Assembly (NCBI GenBank): GCA_034189085.1
Contig: JAXHVH010000004.1
Coordinates: 21,821 to 85,820, forward strand
Length of the DNA: 64,000 nt
DNA from: Bacillota bacterium
Lineage (GTDB): Bacteria > Bacillota > Dethiobacteria > DTU022
Direction: 5' to 3'
The stretch's first letter is position 1. The number at the start of each line of letters is the position of its first letter. The notes under the pieces were generated by a model. The model ran no database searches. It was given only the letters and a program-made list of their open reading frames with translations, and was not told the DNA's origin. A program made the position numbers and the translations under genes. Shown one piece after another: positions 19,503 through 28,762 of this stretch.

Positions 19503-19531
19503 TTGACGGCACAGGGGAAAGATGTTATATT
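19503..19531 (+). promoter_or_regulatory. Promoter of dtxR-feoAB operon (TTGACG-17-TATATT)
   Basis: -35 TTGACG and -10 TATATT with 17-nt spacing. It lies directly upstream of the operator palindrome. Confidence 0.4.
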
Positions 19532-19535
19532 AAAA

Positions 19536-19555
19536 ATGTTAGGATAACCTAACAT
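19536..19555 (+). promoter_or_regulatory. DtxR/IdeR-type operator palindrome ATGTTAGGATAACCTAACAT
   Basis: Perfect 8-bp arms with a 4-nt spacer. It matches the DtxR box core TTAGG-N-CCTAA and overlaps the predicted transcription start of the dtxR operon. Confidence 0.55.
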
Positions 19556-19608
19556 GAATAATGGACTACGGATTGCTGAAAAGAAAGTTGCTTATTTTTT
19601 AAAAGGCG

Positions 19609-20076
19609 GTGTCGGTTTTGACTGAATTGAGGCCTGTTACTTCTTCACTTCAGGATTACCTGGAGGTTATCCTCAACCTCAGCGAAGAAAAAAAAGTTGT
19701 AAGGGTAACAGACATAGCTGATCGGCTGGATATTGCCAAACCCAGTGTTATTCAAGCTCTTGCCCTGCTGAAAGAAAAAGGTTTGATCCGGCAAAACAGA
19801 TATGGGCCTGTGGAATTGACTGAAGAAGGGTACCGCTGTGCCGAAAAGGTATGGCACCGGCATAATGTCCTTTTCGGTTTCTTGACCCAGATTCTTGGAG
19901 TATCACCGCAGGCAGCAGAAGAAGATGCCTGCCTGATAGAACATGATTTGAGCAGTGAAACTTTTGAAAAATTAATATCATTTTTAAAAGAGCAAAAAAT
20001 TGAGGCCCATTATCAAAAAAGAAAACGTTGTGACTTGAAGGCCCAGGGGCCGGGAAATGGAGGTAGAAAAAAATGA
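19609..20076 (+). CDS. DtxR-family metal (iron)-dependent transcriptional repressor
   Basis: N-terminal HTH LQDYLEVI...VRVTDIADRLDIAKPSV, then a dimerisation domain; there is no SH3 domain. GTG start. It is followed by feoA/feoB. Confidence 0.7.
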   Translation: MSVLTELRPVTSSLQDYLEVILNLSEEKKVVRVTDIADRLDIAKPSVIQALALLKEKGLIRQNRYGPVELTEEGYRCAEKVWHRHNVLFGFLTQILGVSPQAAEEDACLIEHDLSSETFEKLISFLKEQKIEAHYQKRKRCDLKAQGPGNGGRKK

Positions 20077-20330
20077 AGTTGTCACTGGTAGATATGAAAC
20101 CCGGGCAGAATGGGGTTATTGAAAAAATTATGGGTGGTCCAGGTTTCGCCGCTAAACTCGGGCAAATCGGGTTGTACAGGGGCAAAAAGATTAAAAAATT
20201 GAGTTCGATTTTCAGACGAGGGCCTGTAACGGTTAGCATTGATAATTTCCAGGTGGCTATTGGTTACGGCAAGGCTATGCGTATCATGGTGGAGGTGGAC
20301 GACGGTGAAGAAAATAGTGCTGGTTGGTAA
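20073..20330 (+). CDS. feoA: Ferrous iron transport protein A
   Basis: 85 aa FeoA/SH3-like (MKPGQNGVIEKI...). Overlaps the dtxR stop by 4 nt. Confidence 0.8.
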   Translation: MKLSLVDMKPGQNGVIEKIMGGPGFAAKLGQIGLYRGKKIKKLSSIFRRGPVTVSIDNFQVAIGYGKAMRIMVEVDDGEENSAGW

Positions 20331-22134
20331 TCCCAATGTGGGGAAAAGCGTTGTATTCTCTCAGCTCACCGGATCGAAGGTGATGATATCCAATTATTCT
20401 GGGACAACCGTCGAATTCACCGGGGGACAACTAACGATCGGTGAAGATTCTTATGCAGTGATGGATGCCCCTGGCACTTACAGCCTCACGCCTTCTTCAA
20501 AAGTAGAAGAAGTGGCAGCAGACATGGTAGATCAGGCTGATGTGGTAATCAATGTTGTTGATGCGACCAATCTTGAGCGTAATCTGCTCCTTACATCAGA
20601 AGTGCTGGAACGTGATGTCCCGGTTATCATTGCTTTAAATATGATCGATGAGGCGGGGCACAAGGGTGTTAAAATTGACGTGGAAAAACTTGAAGAGCTC
20701 CTTGGCGTTCCCGTTATACCTACAGTTGCGGTCAGCGGGGAGGGTTTGAAGAAACTGGTCGATGCTCTTCCGAAGGCAATTAATCGAAAAAAAAAACCTC
20801 TTGAAGTTGCTGACCGCTGGGCTTATGTAGGCAGTGTGGTGGGCGAAGTACAAACCATTATTCACAGGCACCATACCTGGCTTGAATCGCTGCAGGATGA
20901 CAGTCTGAGGCCATTGACCGGTATTCCCATAGTTGCGATTGTCCTCTATTTGGCTTTTCAGCTGGTGATCGGCGTGGGAGAAGTGATCGCCGCTTTTCTG
21001 GAAGAATACTTTTTCGGCGGTTTTTACGGCCTGCTGATGAACCGGCTGAGTGAATGGCTCGGAAGCGGTGGTTTTCTCCACGACATATTAATCGGCAGGC
21101 TTTTTGATGGTGCTATACAATTTGAAGAGTCTCTGGGGGTTCTTACTACCGGGGTATTTGTTGAATTTGGTATTGTTTTACCGTTTTTAACCGTTTTTTA
21201 CCTGGTGCTCGGTTTTTTGGAAGATTCCGGTTATCTTCCCCGCCTGGCGGTGATGGCCGACCGGGTCATGCACCGGGTTGGTCTGCATGGTTATTCCATT
21301 ATTCCCATGGTCCTGGGATTTGGTTGCAATGTCCCGGCTGTTCTGGCAGCACGCAACCTGGAAAGCCGGCGTGAAAGATTTATTGTTTGCACCCTTACGT
21401 CTGTAGCTGTACCCTGCATGGCCCAGCTGGCTATGATCGTAGGGTTGGTCGGAAGATTCGGTGGTGCCTACCTTGCTGTTGTTTTTGCCAGCCTGTTTTT
21501 TATCTGGATTGTGCTTGGCCTGATTATTGACCGTTTTATGCCCGGCTATACACCTTCCATGGTTGTTGAGATACCGCCGTACCGTATCCCAAGCCTGCGG
21601 GCCCAGTTCAAAAAACTGGGCATGAGAGTAAAGGGACTGATTGTTCATGCTACACCCTATATACTCGGGGGGATCCTGCTGGTCAATATTCTATACACAT
21701 CAGGTATCGTTGATTACCTGGGTATAATATTCAAACCGGTAATTCAGGGGGTCCTCGGGTTGCCCGGTGAAGCTGTTTCAACCCTGTTGATCGGTTTTCT
21801 ACGCAAGGATGTTGCTGTAGCCATGCTTGTCCCACTCGGGTTAAATGCCCGCCAGTTTGTGATCGGTGCGGTCGTTCTGGCTGCTTATTTCCCCTGTGCC
21901 GCTACTTTTGCTGTTCTGCTCAGGGAGCTGGGGCTGCGCGATATGTTCAAGTCGGCGATAATAATGGTACTTACCTCTTTTTCCGCTGGATTCATGCTCA
22001 ATATGCTTCTTGATACAGTTGTCCCTGCACCTTACATGGCTGCCGGCCTGGTTGTAGCAGCGATAATCCTGGCCTTCGTTGTTGGCAGCACTTCGGATCG
22101 CCGTGAACTCGAGGATCTGGATAAAGCAGTCTGA
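20305..22134 (+). CDS. feoB: Ferrous iron transport protein B
   Basis: G-domain IVLVGNPNVGKS plus polytopic Gate domains. GGAGGTGGA sits upstream of the GTG at 20305, so this start is preferred over the ORF-track start at 20239. Confidence 0.85.
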   Translation: MKKIVLVGNPNVGKSVVFSQLTGSKVMISNYSGTTVEFTGGQLTIGEDSYAVMDAPGTYSLTPSSKVEEVAADMVDQADVVINVVDATNLERNLLLTSEVLERDVPVIIALNMIDEAGHKGVKIDVEKLEELLGVPVIPTVAVSGEGLKKLVDALPKAINRKKKPLEVADRWAYVGSVVGEVQTIIHRHHTWLESLQDDSLRPLTGIPIVAIVLYLAFQLVIGVGEVIAAFLEEYFFGGFYGLLMNRLSEWLGSGGFLHDILIGRLFDGAIQFEESLGVLTTGVFVEFGIVLPFLTVFYLVLGFLEDSGYLPRLAVMADRVMHRVGLHGYSIIPMVLGFGCNVPAVLAARNLESRRERFIVCTLTSVAVPCMAQLAMIVGLVGRFGGAYLAVVFASLFFIWIVLGLIIDRFMPGYTPSMVVEIPPYRIPSLRAQFKKLGMRVKGLIVHATPYILGGILLVNILYTSGIVDYLGIIFKPVIQGVLGLPGEAVSTLLIGFLRKDVAVAMLVPLGLNARQFVIGAVVLAAYFPCAATFAVLLRELGLRDMFKSAIIMVLTSFSAGFMLNMLLDTVVPAPYMAAGLVVAAIILAFVVGSTSDRRELEDLDKAV

Positions 22135-22149
22135 TTGACGAATAGATGT

Positions 22150-23397
22150 TTAAGAAAACCGGGTGGCGCCGGCAAGGCGCCGGCGAAGCCTCCCTGAGCG
22201 GTGTTCCAGAGCGGGAATACTTAGTTCACTGGATCCCGGGGAGGCAGATGGGTATTTTTTCAAAAGGCCAATCGCTTCTTCGGTGAGTGAGAGAGCAGCA
22301 CTGTAATCTCGCTGCCGGTGTTCGAAATACTTGGCCAGCTCGACATGAAACGTCGGGTTGGCTGTTTTATTATCGATAGCCATCTGCCAGATAGAAACTG
22401 CTTTTTCCCATTGGCAGCGGCGTTTGTAGAAAAGAGCCAGTTCGATGGCTGCTTCTTCGGCGAGAGGCGGGGTCCCGTTTACCGACGCTCTACGCAGGTA
22501 AGAAAGGCCTTCTTTAATTCGGCCGGCATTAATACAGAGTCGCCCCAGGGCCAGCTCTTCCGCAGGATGCTCAACCATCTCTCCAGTGGCCAGCAGGGAA
22601 ACCCGTTTCAGAAGAGTGACCATTGACAGGATATCCAGGACATTATGATGAAAAACTTTACGCATTTTTTCGGTATTGCCGTGGCGGAGGTATTCGAAAT
22701 AAACGGCGGGGATTTCTGATCCGGGAATATCGTCGAAACGTTTGATACCCAGTAGGGCTTCTTCCAGTGCTTTCAGGGAGCGGGAGGGAAGGCGCTTTTT
22801 CCAGAGAGAGCGGGCGCACTGCAGGAGATCAAGGTGCCTGGGTGGCACGGTATGTCTGAGACCGGCCAGGATCTGGCGGGTCTGGATCAGCGGGAGGTCA
22901 AAGATTTTACCGTTAAAAGTGATCATTGCCGGGAAACGTTCAGCTTCCGTGCTGAAGTGACTGAGAATGGCTCTTTCTTCGGCTGGCCTGCGCAGAAAAT
23001 ACTGGCGCAGTTTAAAAGAATTCCCTTCCAGCCAGCCCAGGCCGATCAGGAAGGCCCATGTCCCTGTTCCCCCGGATAATCCGGTGGTTTCGATATCCAG
23101 GAATAGAGATTCCCGAGGGTTAAAATCAGCCAGGCTGTCGTCGTGAGCGGATAAGGCCAGGCCTGTTCCGCAGCAGGAATCAATGCCGGACAGCCTGTTC
23201 CACCCGTGCTGATAAGTGAGCGGATAAAGCAGTTCCCGCATGTAACAACGGCCGAAAGCGGTTTCTTCTTCATGGCCTTCTTCCGGAAAGAGTCGATCTT
23301 TAAAGCCAGACTTCGGTTTTTCAGCATACTGACGCCCTGTTTGGATTTCCCCTGTGCGCCGCAAATCACTCAGTTTTGCCTTTAAATCCTGTTTCAT
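22150..23397 (-). CDS. mrfB: RNase H-like 3'-5' exonuclease with C-terminal TPR region (MrfB/YprB family)
   Basis: 415 aa. LFLDIETTGL is the DEDD/RNase-H-like exonuclease motif I. The C-terminus is TPR-like. The gene is immediately downstream of, and overlapping, the YprA-like helicase gene. Confidence 0.6.
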   Translation of the reverse strand: MKQDLKAKLSDLRRTGEIQTGRQYAEKPKSGFKDRLFPEEGHEEETAFGRCYMRELLYPLTYQHGWNRLSGIDSCCGTGLALSAHDDSLADFNPRESLFLDIETTGLSGGTGTWAFLIGLGWLEGNSFKLRQYFLRRPAEERAILSHFSTEAERFPAMITFNGKIFDLPLIQTRQILAGLRHTVPPRHLDLLQCARSLWKKRLPSRSLKALEEALLGIKRFDDIPGSEIPAVYFEYLRHGNTEKMRKVFHHNVLDILSMVTLLKRVSLLATGEMVEHPAEELALGRLCINAGRIKEGLSYLRRASVNGTPPLAEEAAIELALFYKRRCQWEKAVSIWQMAIDNKTANPTFHVELAKYFEHRQRDYSAALSLTEEAIGLLKKYPSASPGSSELSIPALEHRSGRLRRRLAGATRFS

Positions 23398-25655
23398 TTC
23401 AGGATCACCTCGATCAGCTGCATAACAGTTTGTTTCCCGCCCTCGGAGCCCTGGTTAAGAGGCCCGATGCAGGACGGACAGCCGTCGGAGCACGGGCAGT
23501 CAACTATTACTCTGCGAGCTGCCTCGAAGATGTCGCGATAAATGCGGAAGATCTCCTGGCTGTAACCTACGCCGCCGGGGAAATTGTCGTAAAGATAGAG
23601 GGTCGGCAGTTCCGTGTGGGGTGCTTTTACCTGGCTTACCGCCCGCAGATCGCGAGGATCGCCCATCAGGAAGAGGGAAGCTACCTGTGGGACAAGATTG
23701 GCCAACCCGATCAGTCCGGACTGAATAGCGGCTGGAGACATTCCACCAAGAGCGGCCTGTTTGAAAGAGAGCCAGAAAGCTGTAGTGTGCATCTCTGTTT
23801 CCGGTAGATTCACAGGCCCGGCTCCCAGGTTCTCGTGGGTATTGAAACGTATTTTTTTAAACATCGAGACGAGAGCATTGATACGTACTTCACCCCAGGC
23901 CCTGTTCACTTCTGCCCCTGCACTGGCACAGGCATCAAGGACCTTCAAATCGACAGCCAGATTGGCGTCGGTGAAGTAATTAACTTCTACTTTTTTTACA
24001 TACGCCTTTTTTTCGGCAAAATCGAGTTTTTCCACCTGGTACTGCCGGCCGCCGTGCATGTAAATTGCTTCTTCGTGTACGAGCATAGGTGCACTGAAAC
24101 GATCCACTTCGCCGATTACCTGCGGCTGCGGTCCGGTGATATCGATTATAACCACATTTTCCCTGGTGGCGCTGCGCAGGCTGATTTCTTCGGCGGGGTA
24201 AGTGTCTTCCATCCAGTGGTAGCGGCCGTCACTGTGGTAAAGAACGTCTTCCTCTTCCAGGAACTGCAGCACTCCTTCAATTTCAGCCCTCCCGAAATGT
24301 TCGCCCTCCCTGAAGGGCAGTTCAAAGGCAGCGCACCGGACGTGGTTGGTAAGGATAATCAGGTTGTCGGGATCAGCCAGCGCTCTTTCCGGGCTTCGAT
24401 CAAAGAAATAATCGGGATTGGAGACGATGTACTGGTTTAGCGGTTCACTGTTAGCTACCAGCATAGCCAGAGAAATGCCGCTGCGCCGTCCGGAACGGCC
24501 TGCCTGCTGCCAGGTGCTGGCGATACTGCCTGGATAACCGGTCATAATGCAGGCATCGAGGGCGCCGATGTCAATGCCCAGTTCAAGGGCATTGGTGCTA
24601 ACAACTCCTTTAATCCTGCCACGGCGCAAACCTTCTTCAATGGCCCTTCTTTCTCGCGGCAGGTAACCACCGCGGTAACCGCGAATTGTGCTGTCCTCAC
24701 CGGGTCTGATCTTGCGGTTTTGACGCAGGTATGTGAGCAGGACTTCTACTCCCAGACGGCTGCGGGTAAAAACAATTGTTTGGACACCTGCACTGATCAA
24801 ATCGGCTGCCAGCTGGCGGACTTCCAGCAAGGCGCTACGTCTCAATCCCAGCTCTGGATTGATCAAGGGAGGGTTATAAAAAATGAAATGTTTTTCTGCC
24901 TGTGGGGCGCCGTTTTCGGCAATTACAGCAGGTTGTTCCTCGATTAGCAGTTCTGCCAGTTCGCCGGGATTGGCGATTGTCGCCGAGCAAAGGATGAAAA
25001 CGGGGCTGGAACCGTAAAAAGCGCAGATTCTTTTGAGGCGGCGTATCACGTTGGCTACATGGCTGCCGAAGACTCCCCTGTACTGGTGCATTTCATCAAT
25101 GACTATATACTTGAGGTTCTGAAAGAGCTGAATCCATTTGGTGTGATGGGGCAGGATGGCCGAATGGAGCATATCCGGATTGGTGACAACAATGTGCCCG
25201 CTGCGGCGGATGCTCCGCCGCAATCCGGGTTCAGTGTCGCCGTCATAAGTATGGCAGTTCAGATCTGGCTCCAATTTTCCGGTAAGCTCCCTCAGTTCGG
25301 CAACCTGGTCCTGGGAGAGCGCTTTGGTTGGAAAAAGATAAAGAGCTCTGCTGGAAGGATCTTTAGTCAGGGCACTGACTACGGGTAGGTTATAGCAGAG
25401 TGTTTTACCCGAGGCTGTGGGGGTAACTACTACTGTATGTTTGCCTCTTTCAATTGTTTCAATAGCTGCTGCCTGGTGGCTGTAAAGCTTTTCGATTCCC
25501 CGCTTTCTTAGCGCTTCGGCAAGCTGTGGTTCCAGCCGGGGCGGAAAATCGCGGTAAGTCCCTTCAGATGCACGAACTGTTTCCCAGCGGGTGACATTGC
25601 TTAAAAATGAAGGATCTTCTCTCCATTTTTGGAGTATTTCATTTATATCAGTCAT
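23394..25655 (-). CDS. mrfA: DEAD/DEAH-box helicase with C-terminal DUF1998/MZB 4-Cys domain (MrfA/YprA family)
   Basis: 753 aa. Motif I TPTASGKT, DEMH box, and C-terminal CPCSDGCPSC are all present. Confidence 0.7.
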   Translation of the reverse strand: MTDINEILQKWREDPSFLSNVTRWETVRASEGTYRDFPPRLEPQLAEALRKRGIEKLYSHQAAAIETIERGKHTVVVTPTASGKTLCYNLPVVSALTKDPSSRALYLFPTKALSQDQVAELRELTGKLEPDLNCHTYDGDTEPGLRRSIRRSGHIVVTNPDMLHSAILPHHTKWIQLFQNLKYIVIDEMHQYRGVFGSHVANVIRRLKRICAFYGSSPVFILCSATIANPGELAELLIEEQPAVIAENGAPQAEKHFIFYNPPLINPELGLRRSALLEVRQLAADLISAGVQTIVFTRSRLGVEVLLTYLRQNRKIRPGEDSTIRGYRGGYLPRERRAIEEGLRRGRIKGVVSTNALELGIDIGALDACIMTGYPGSIASTWQQAGRSGRRSGISLAMLVANSEPLNQYIVSNPDYFFDRSPERALADPDNLIILTNHVRCAAFELPFREGEHFGRAEIEGVLQFLEEEDVLYHSDGRYHWMEDTYPAEEISLRSATRENVVIIDITGPQPQVIGEVDRFSAPMLVHEEAIYMHGGRQYQVEKLDFAEKKAYVKKVEVNYFTDANLAVDLKVLDACASAGAEVNRAWGEVRINALVSMFKKIRFNTHENLGAGPVNLPETEMHTTAFWLSFKQAALGGMSPAAIQSGLIGLANLVPQVASLFLMGDPRDLRAVSQVKAPHTELPTLYLYDNFPGGVGYSQEIFRIYRDIFEAARRVIVDCPCSDGCPSCIGPLNQGSEGGKQTVMQLIEVILK

Positions 25656-25951
25656 CAGGATTCTCCCAACTTAAACATAAGTTTGTCTTAATCCGATTAT
25701 TCGCCGTCCGGCCGGGATTTCCTGTTGTCAATTCTATGCCTGTTTCTGGTAAAAAGGAGGTCTCTGTATTTTTGAAAAGCCTGTCCCGGTAAAGGAAATA
25801 ATCGGTCTTATGGCGAATATGGACACTGTCCGGTGAGGCTTTGACTGCTTTAGAGAAAAAGAAGAAAAGATGGTTGTTTGCAGGCGAATATTTCGGAATA
25901 ACAGACAAGCTTTATTGGCGGAGTTGTCCAAAAACAGAGGAGGTAGTGGTT

Positions 25952-26989
25952 ATGCGAAAGGGATGTCCCTACGGCACTCATCGGGTTATTGAACCCGCAG
26001 GCTTGCTGCCCCAGCCAGCCTGGAAAATCGACAATGACATGGAGATTTATGACAACGAAGTATTAATTGATGTGGAAGTGTTGAATATTGACTCAGCCAG
26101 CTTTACCCAGATTGAAAAGGAGGCAGGCGGTGAGGAAGAGAAAGTTAAAGAGATAATAACTGGCATAGTAAAGGAACGTGGGAAACATCATAACCCGGTA
26201 ACCGGTTCGGGGGGGATGCTCATCGGGCGAGTGGAAAAGATTGGCCCAGCCTGGAAAGGGAAGGTTCCCCTGCAGGAGGGAGACAGGCTGGCTACCCTGG
26301 TTTCCCTTTCGCTTACTCCTCTGCGTATTGATGGAATTAAAAAGATTCACAAGGATATTGACCAGGTGGAAATTGACGGCAAAGCAATTCTCTTTGAAAG
26401 CGGCATTTTTGCCGTCCTGCCTGAAGATCTGCCGGAAACCCTTTCCCTGGCGGTTCTGGACGTGGCCGGTGCAGCTGCCCAGACAGCTAAACTGGTTCGG
26501 CCAGGTGACAGGGTAGTGGTGATCGGAGCCGGTGGAAAGTCTGGATTGCTCTGTTTGCATGAGGCCAGGAAAAGAGCGGGTATTACAGGGAAGGTAATCG
26601 GGATTGCACCGAGAGAAAAAAGTAAAAAACGGGCTGAATCAACCGGCTACTGTGATGTGGTGCTCATGGCTGATGCTTCTAATGCACTGGATGTGATGAA
26701 CCAGGTCAAAGAAGTGACCGGTGGGGACATGGCCGACGTAACTATAAACTGTGTAAATATACCGAATACGGAACTTTCTTCTATCCTGGCCACACGCGAC
26801 TGTGGAACGGTTTATTTCTTCAGCATGGCTACCAGTTTCACCGCCGCTGCCCTGGGAGCCGAAGGGGTGGGCAAAGATGTAACTATGATTATTGGCAACG
26901 GTTATACGCGAGATCATGCGGCGATTTCTCTCAATATCATGAGAGAAAGCCCCGTCCTGCGGAATATATTCGAAGAACTATATACCTGA
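25952..26989 (+). CDS. kdd: L-erythro-3,5-diaminohexanoate dehydrogenase-like
   Basis: 345 aa from the ATG at 25952 (GAGGAGG upstream). The N-terminus MRKGCPYGTHRVIEPAGLLPQPAWKI and the Rossmann motif VVVIGAGGKSG are Kdd-like. Genomic context is kal/kce. Confidence 0.55.
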   Translation: MRKGCPYGTHRVIEPAGLLPQPAWKIDNDMEIYDNEVLIDVEVLNIDSASFTQIEKEAGGEEEKVKEIITGIVKERGKHHNPVTGSGGMLIGRVEKIGPAWKGKVPLQEGDRLATLVSLSLTPLRIDGIKKIHKDIDQVEIDGKAILFESGIFAVLPEDLPETLSLAVLDVAGAAAQTAKLVRPGDRVVVIGAGGKSGLLCLHEARKRAGITGKVIGIAPREKSKKRAESTGYCDVVLMADASNALDVMNQVKEVTGGDMADVTINCVNIPNTELSSILATRDCGTVYFFSMATSFTAAALGAEGVGKDVTMIIGNGYTRDHAAISLNIMRESPVLRNIFEELYT

Positions 26990-27014
26990 GCAACAGGGAA
27001 AGGATGATTTTAAG

Positions 27015-28265
27015 TTGGATCGTAAACCGAAATTAAACCTGGAAAAATCACTGGCTATGTTTGAAGAAGCACAGCGTATCTCACCCGGTGGGGTAATGGG
27101 TATCAGACGTCCCTATAATTTTGTGGAAGGAGAATACCCCATCTTTCTGACTCACGGCTATGGCGGTCACATTGTCGATGTGGACGGCAATGACTACATT
27201 GATATGCTTTGTGCCTACGGTCCGATTATCCTCGGCTATAACGAACCGGAGATAAACCGGGCGGTTAAGGAACAGATGGATAAGGGGTTCTGTTTTTCGC
27301 TGGTTCAACCGGTGCAGAATGAATTGATCAAGCGACTGATCAGAATCGTTCCTTCAGCAGAAATGGCCCTGCTGGTGAAAACCGGCTCGGATGCTACGGG
27401 GGTGGCAGTTCGTGTTGCCCGCGGTTATACCGGGAAAGATAAAATTTTACGCTGTGGTTATCATGGCTGGCATGACTGGTGTGTCGAGGTGGCTGGAGGA
27501 GTGCCGAAAGAAATCCAGGATTTGACCCTGGAATTTCCCTACGGTGATCTCGATGCTCTCGAAAAAATGTTGCAGGAAAACAAAGGTGAGGTAGCCGGAA
27601 TCATCATCACTCCCGTGGGACACCCCCTGGCCAAGCCAATTATTGCTCCTCCAGAGGGCTATCTGGCCGGTGTCAGAAAGCTGGCCGATCAATATGACTG
27701 TGTCCTGATCTTCGATGAAATTCGTACCGGTTTCCGAGTAGCCATGGGCGGAGCCCAGGAACGCTACGGCGTAATTCCCGATCTAACAGCTATCGGTAAG
27801 GCAATGGCCAACGGTTACTCAATCAGCGCCTGTGTGGGCAAGGTGGAAATTATGAAAACAGCCGAAAAGAAAGTTTTCATTAGTTCAACCTTTTTCCCCA
27901 ACAGCCTGGAGATGGTCGCAGCGATGAAGTGCCTGGATATATTGGAGCGGGAAAAGGTAATCGATGCCATATGGGAACGCGGCGAAGCATTTCTCGCTAA
28001 CCTGAAGAAGATTGTTGACCAAAGTGGGGTCCCGGCCACGGTATCCGGCATTCCGCCAATGCCTTTTCTCACCTTCGATAAAGTCGATAATATTTACCAG
28101 GAAAGAAGGACCCGTTTTTATACTGAAACTATCAGGCGAGGCCTCTTTATCCAACCTTACCATCACTGGTATATTGCCTACCGTCACACTGCGGAAGATT
28201 TACAGTACGCCCTTGACACAATTGAGGAAGCGTTAGCAATAGTATCCGGGGAATATCCGGCCTGA
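27015..28265 (+). CDS. Class-III (GSA-aminomutase-like) PLP aminotransferase; candidate 3-aminobutyryl-CoA aminotransferase (Kat-like)
   Basis: 416 aa. The family is GSA-aminomutase-like, with the Lys-containing region IGKAMANGYS. Its position is between kdd and kal. Confidence 0.55.
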   Translation: MDRKPKLNLEKSLAMFEEAQRISPGGVMGIRRPYNFVEGEYPIFLTHGYGGHIVDVDGNDYIDMLCAYGPIILGYNEPEINRAVKEQMDKGFCFSLVQPVQNELIKRLIRIVPSAEMALLVKTGSDATGVAVRVARGYTGKDKILRCGYHGWHDWCVEVAGGVPKEIQDLTLEFPYGDLDALEKMLQENKGEVAGIIITPVGHPLAKPIIAPPEGYLAGVRKLADQYDCVLIFDEIRTGFRVAMGGAQERYGVIPDLTAIGKAMANGYSISACVGKVEIMKTAEKKVFISSTFFPNSLEMVAAMKCLDILEREKVIDAIWERGEAFLANLKKIVDQSGVPATVSGIPPMPFLTFDKVDNIYQERRTRFYTETIRRGLFIQPYHHWYIAYRHTAEDLQYALDTIEEALAIVSGEYPA

Positions 28266-28327
28266 TGGGCGATTAATAATCGTCTAAAAAGGCTGTAAGA
28301 AAAATCTTCCGCTAAGGAGATGGGAAA

Positions 28328-28744
28328 ATGACCGAACCGAAAAAGCTGATGCTGCGCGTCCGCATAAGTGCCCATGATGTACACTATGGCGGCGGCCTCG
28401 TTGATGGAGCCCTGGTTATAAAGCTATTCGGCGATGTGGCGACAGAGCTGCTTATTCGTCATGACGGTGATGAAGGGCTGTTTGCCGCTTATGACATGAT
28501 TGAATTCAAAGCCCAGCTCTGTGCCGGTGATTTCCTTGAAATCTGGGGATGGATCGATCGTGTAGGCAGAACTTCGCGGCACATGCAGTTTGAAGCTTAT
28601 AAAGTTATTACCAATGCTGAAATGGATGACTGCCCGTCTGCCTGTAATATGCTTCCCGATCCTCTCCTGGTTGCCCGGGCCAGCGGGACCTGTGTGGTTC
28701 CCAGGCCCCTGCAGAGGGGACCGCAGGATCCTGATTTTGCGTGA
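28328..28744 (+). CDS. kal: Hot-dog fold protein, 3-aminobutyryl-CoA ammonia-lyase-like
   Basis: About 100-aa hot-dog core, roughly 130-aa protein size, and a position directly 5' of kce. The last ~40 aa (MDDCPSACNMLPDP...PQDPDFA) are low-complexity and atypical. Confidence 0.5.
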   Translation: MTEPKKLMLRVRISAHDVHYGGGLVDGALVIKLFGDVATELLIRHDGDEGLFAAYDMIEFKAQLCAGDFLEIWGWIDRVGRTSRHMQFEAYKVITNAEMDDCPSACNMLPDPLLVARASGTCVVPRPLQRGPQDPDFA

Positions 28745-28762
28745 GAAAGGGGATGAGAGATC

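Noticed and set aside
22170-22195. GC-rich hairpin (CGCCGGC aaggc GCCGGCG) near the 3' end of mrfB / downstream of feoB
   Set aside because: It lies inside the mrfB coding sequence (Arg-rich C-terminus) and lacks a U-tract. It may act as a weak bidirectional terminator but cannot be supported.
25656-25951. Possible lysine riboswitch (L-box) upstream of kdd
   Set aside because: No GAGGCGC...TGCCGAAG-type conserved L-box elements are present. Only scattered partial inverted repeats (ATTATTCGCC / GGCGAATAT) were seen.
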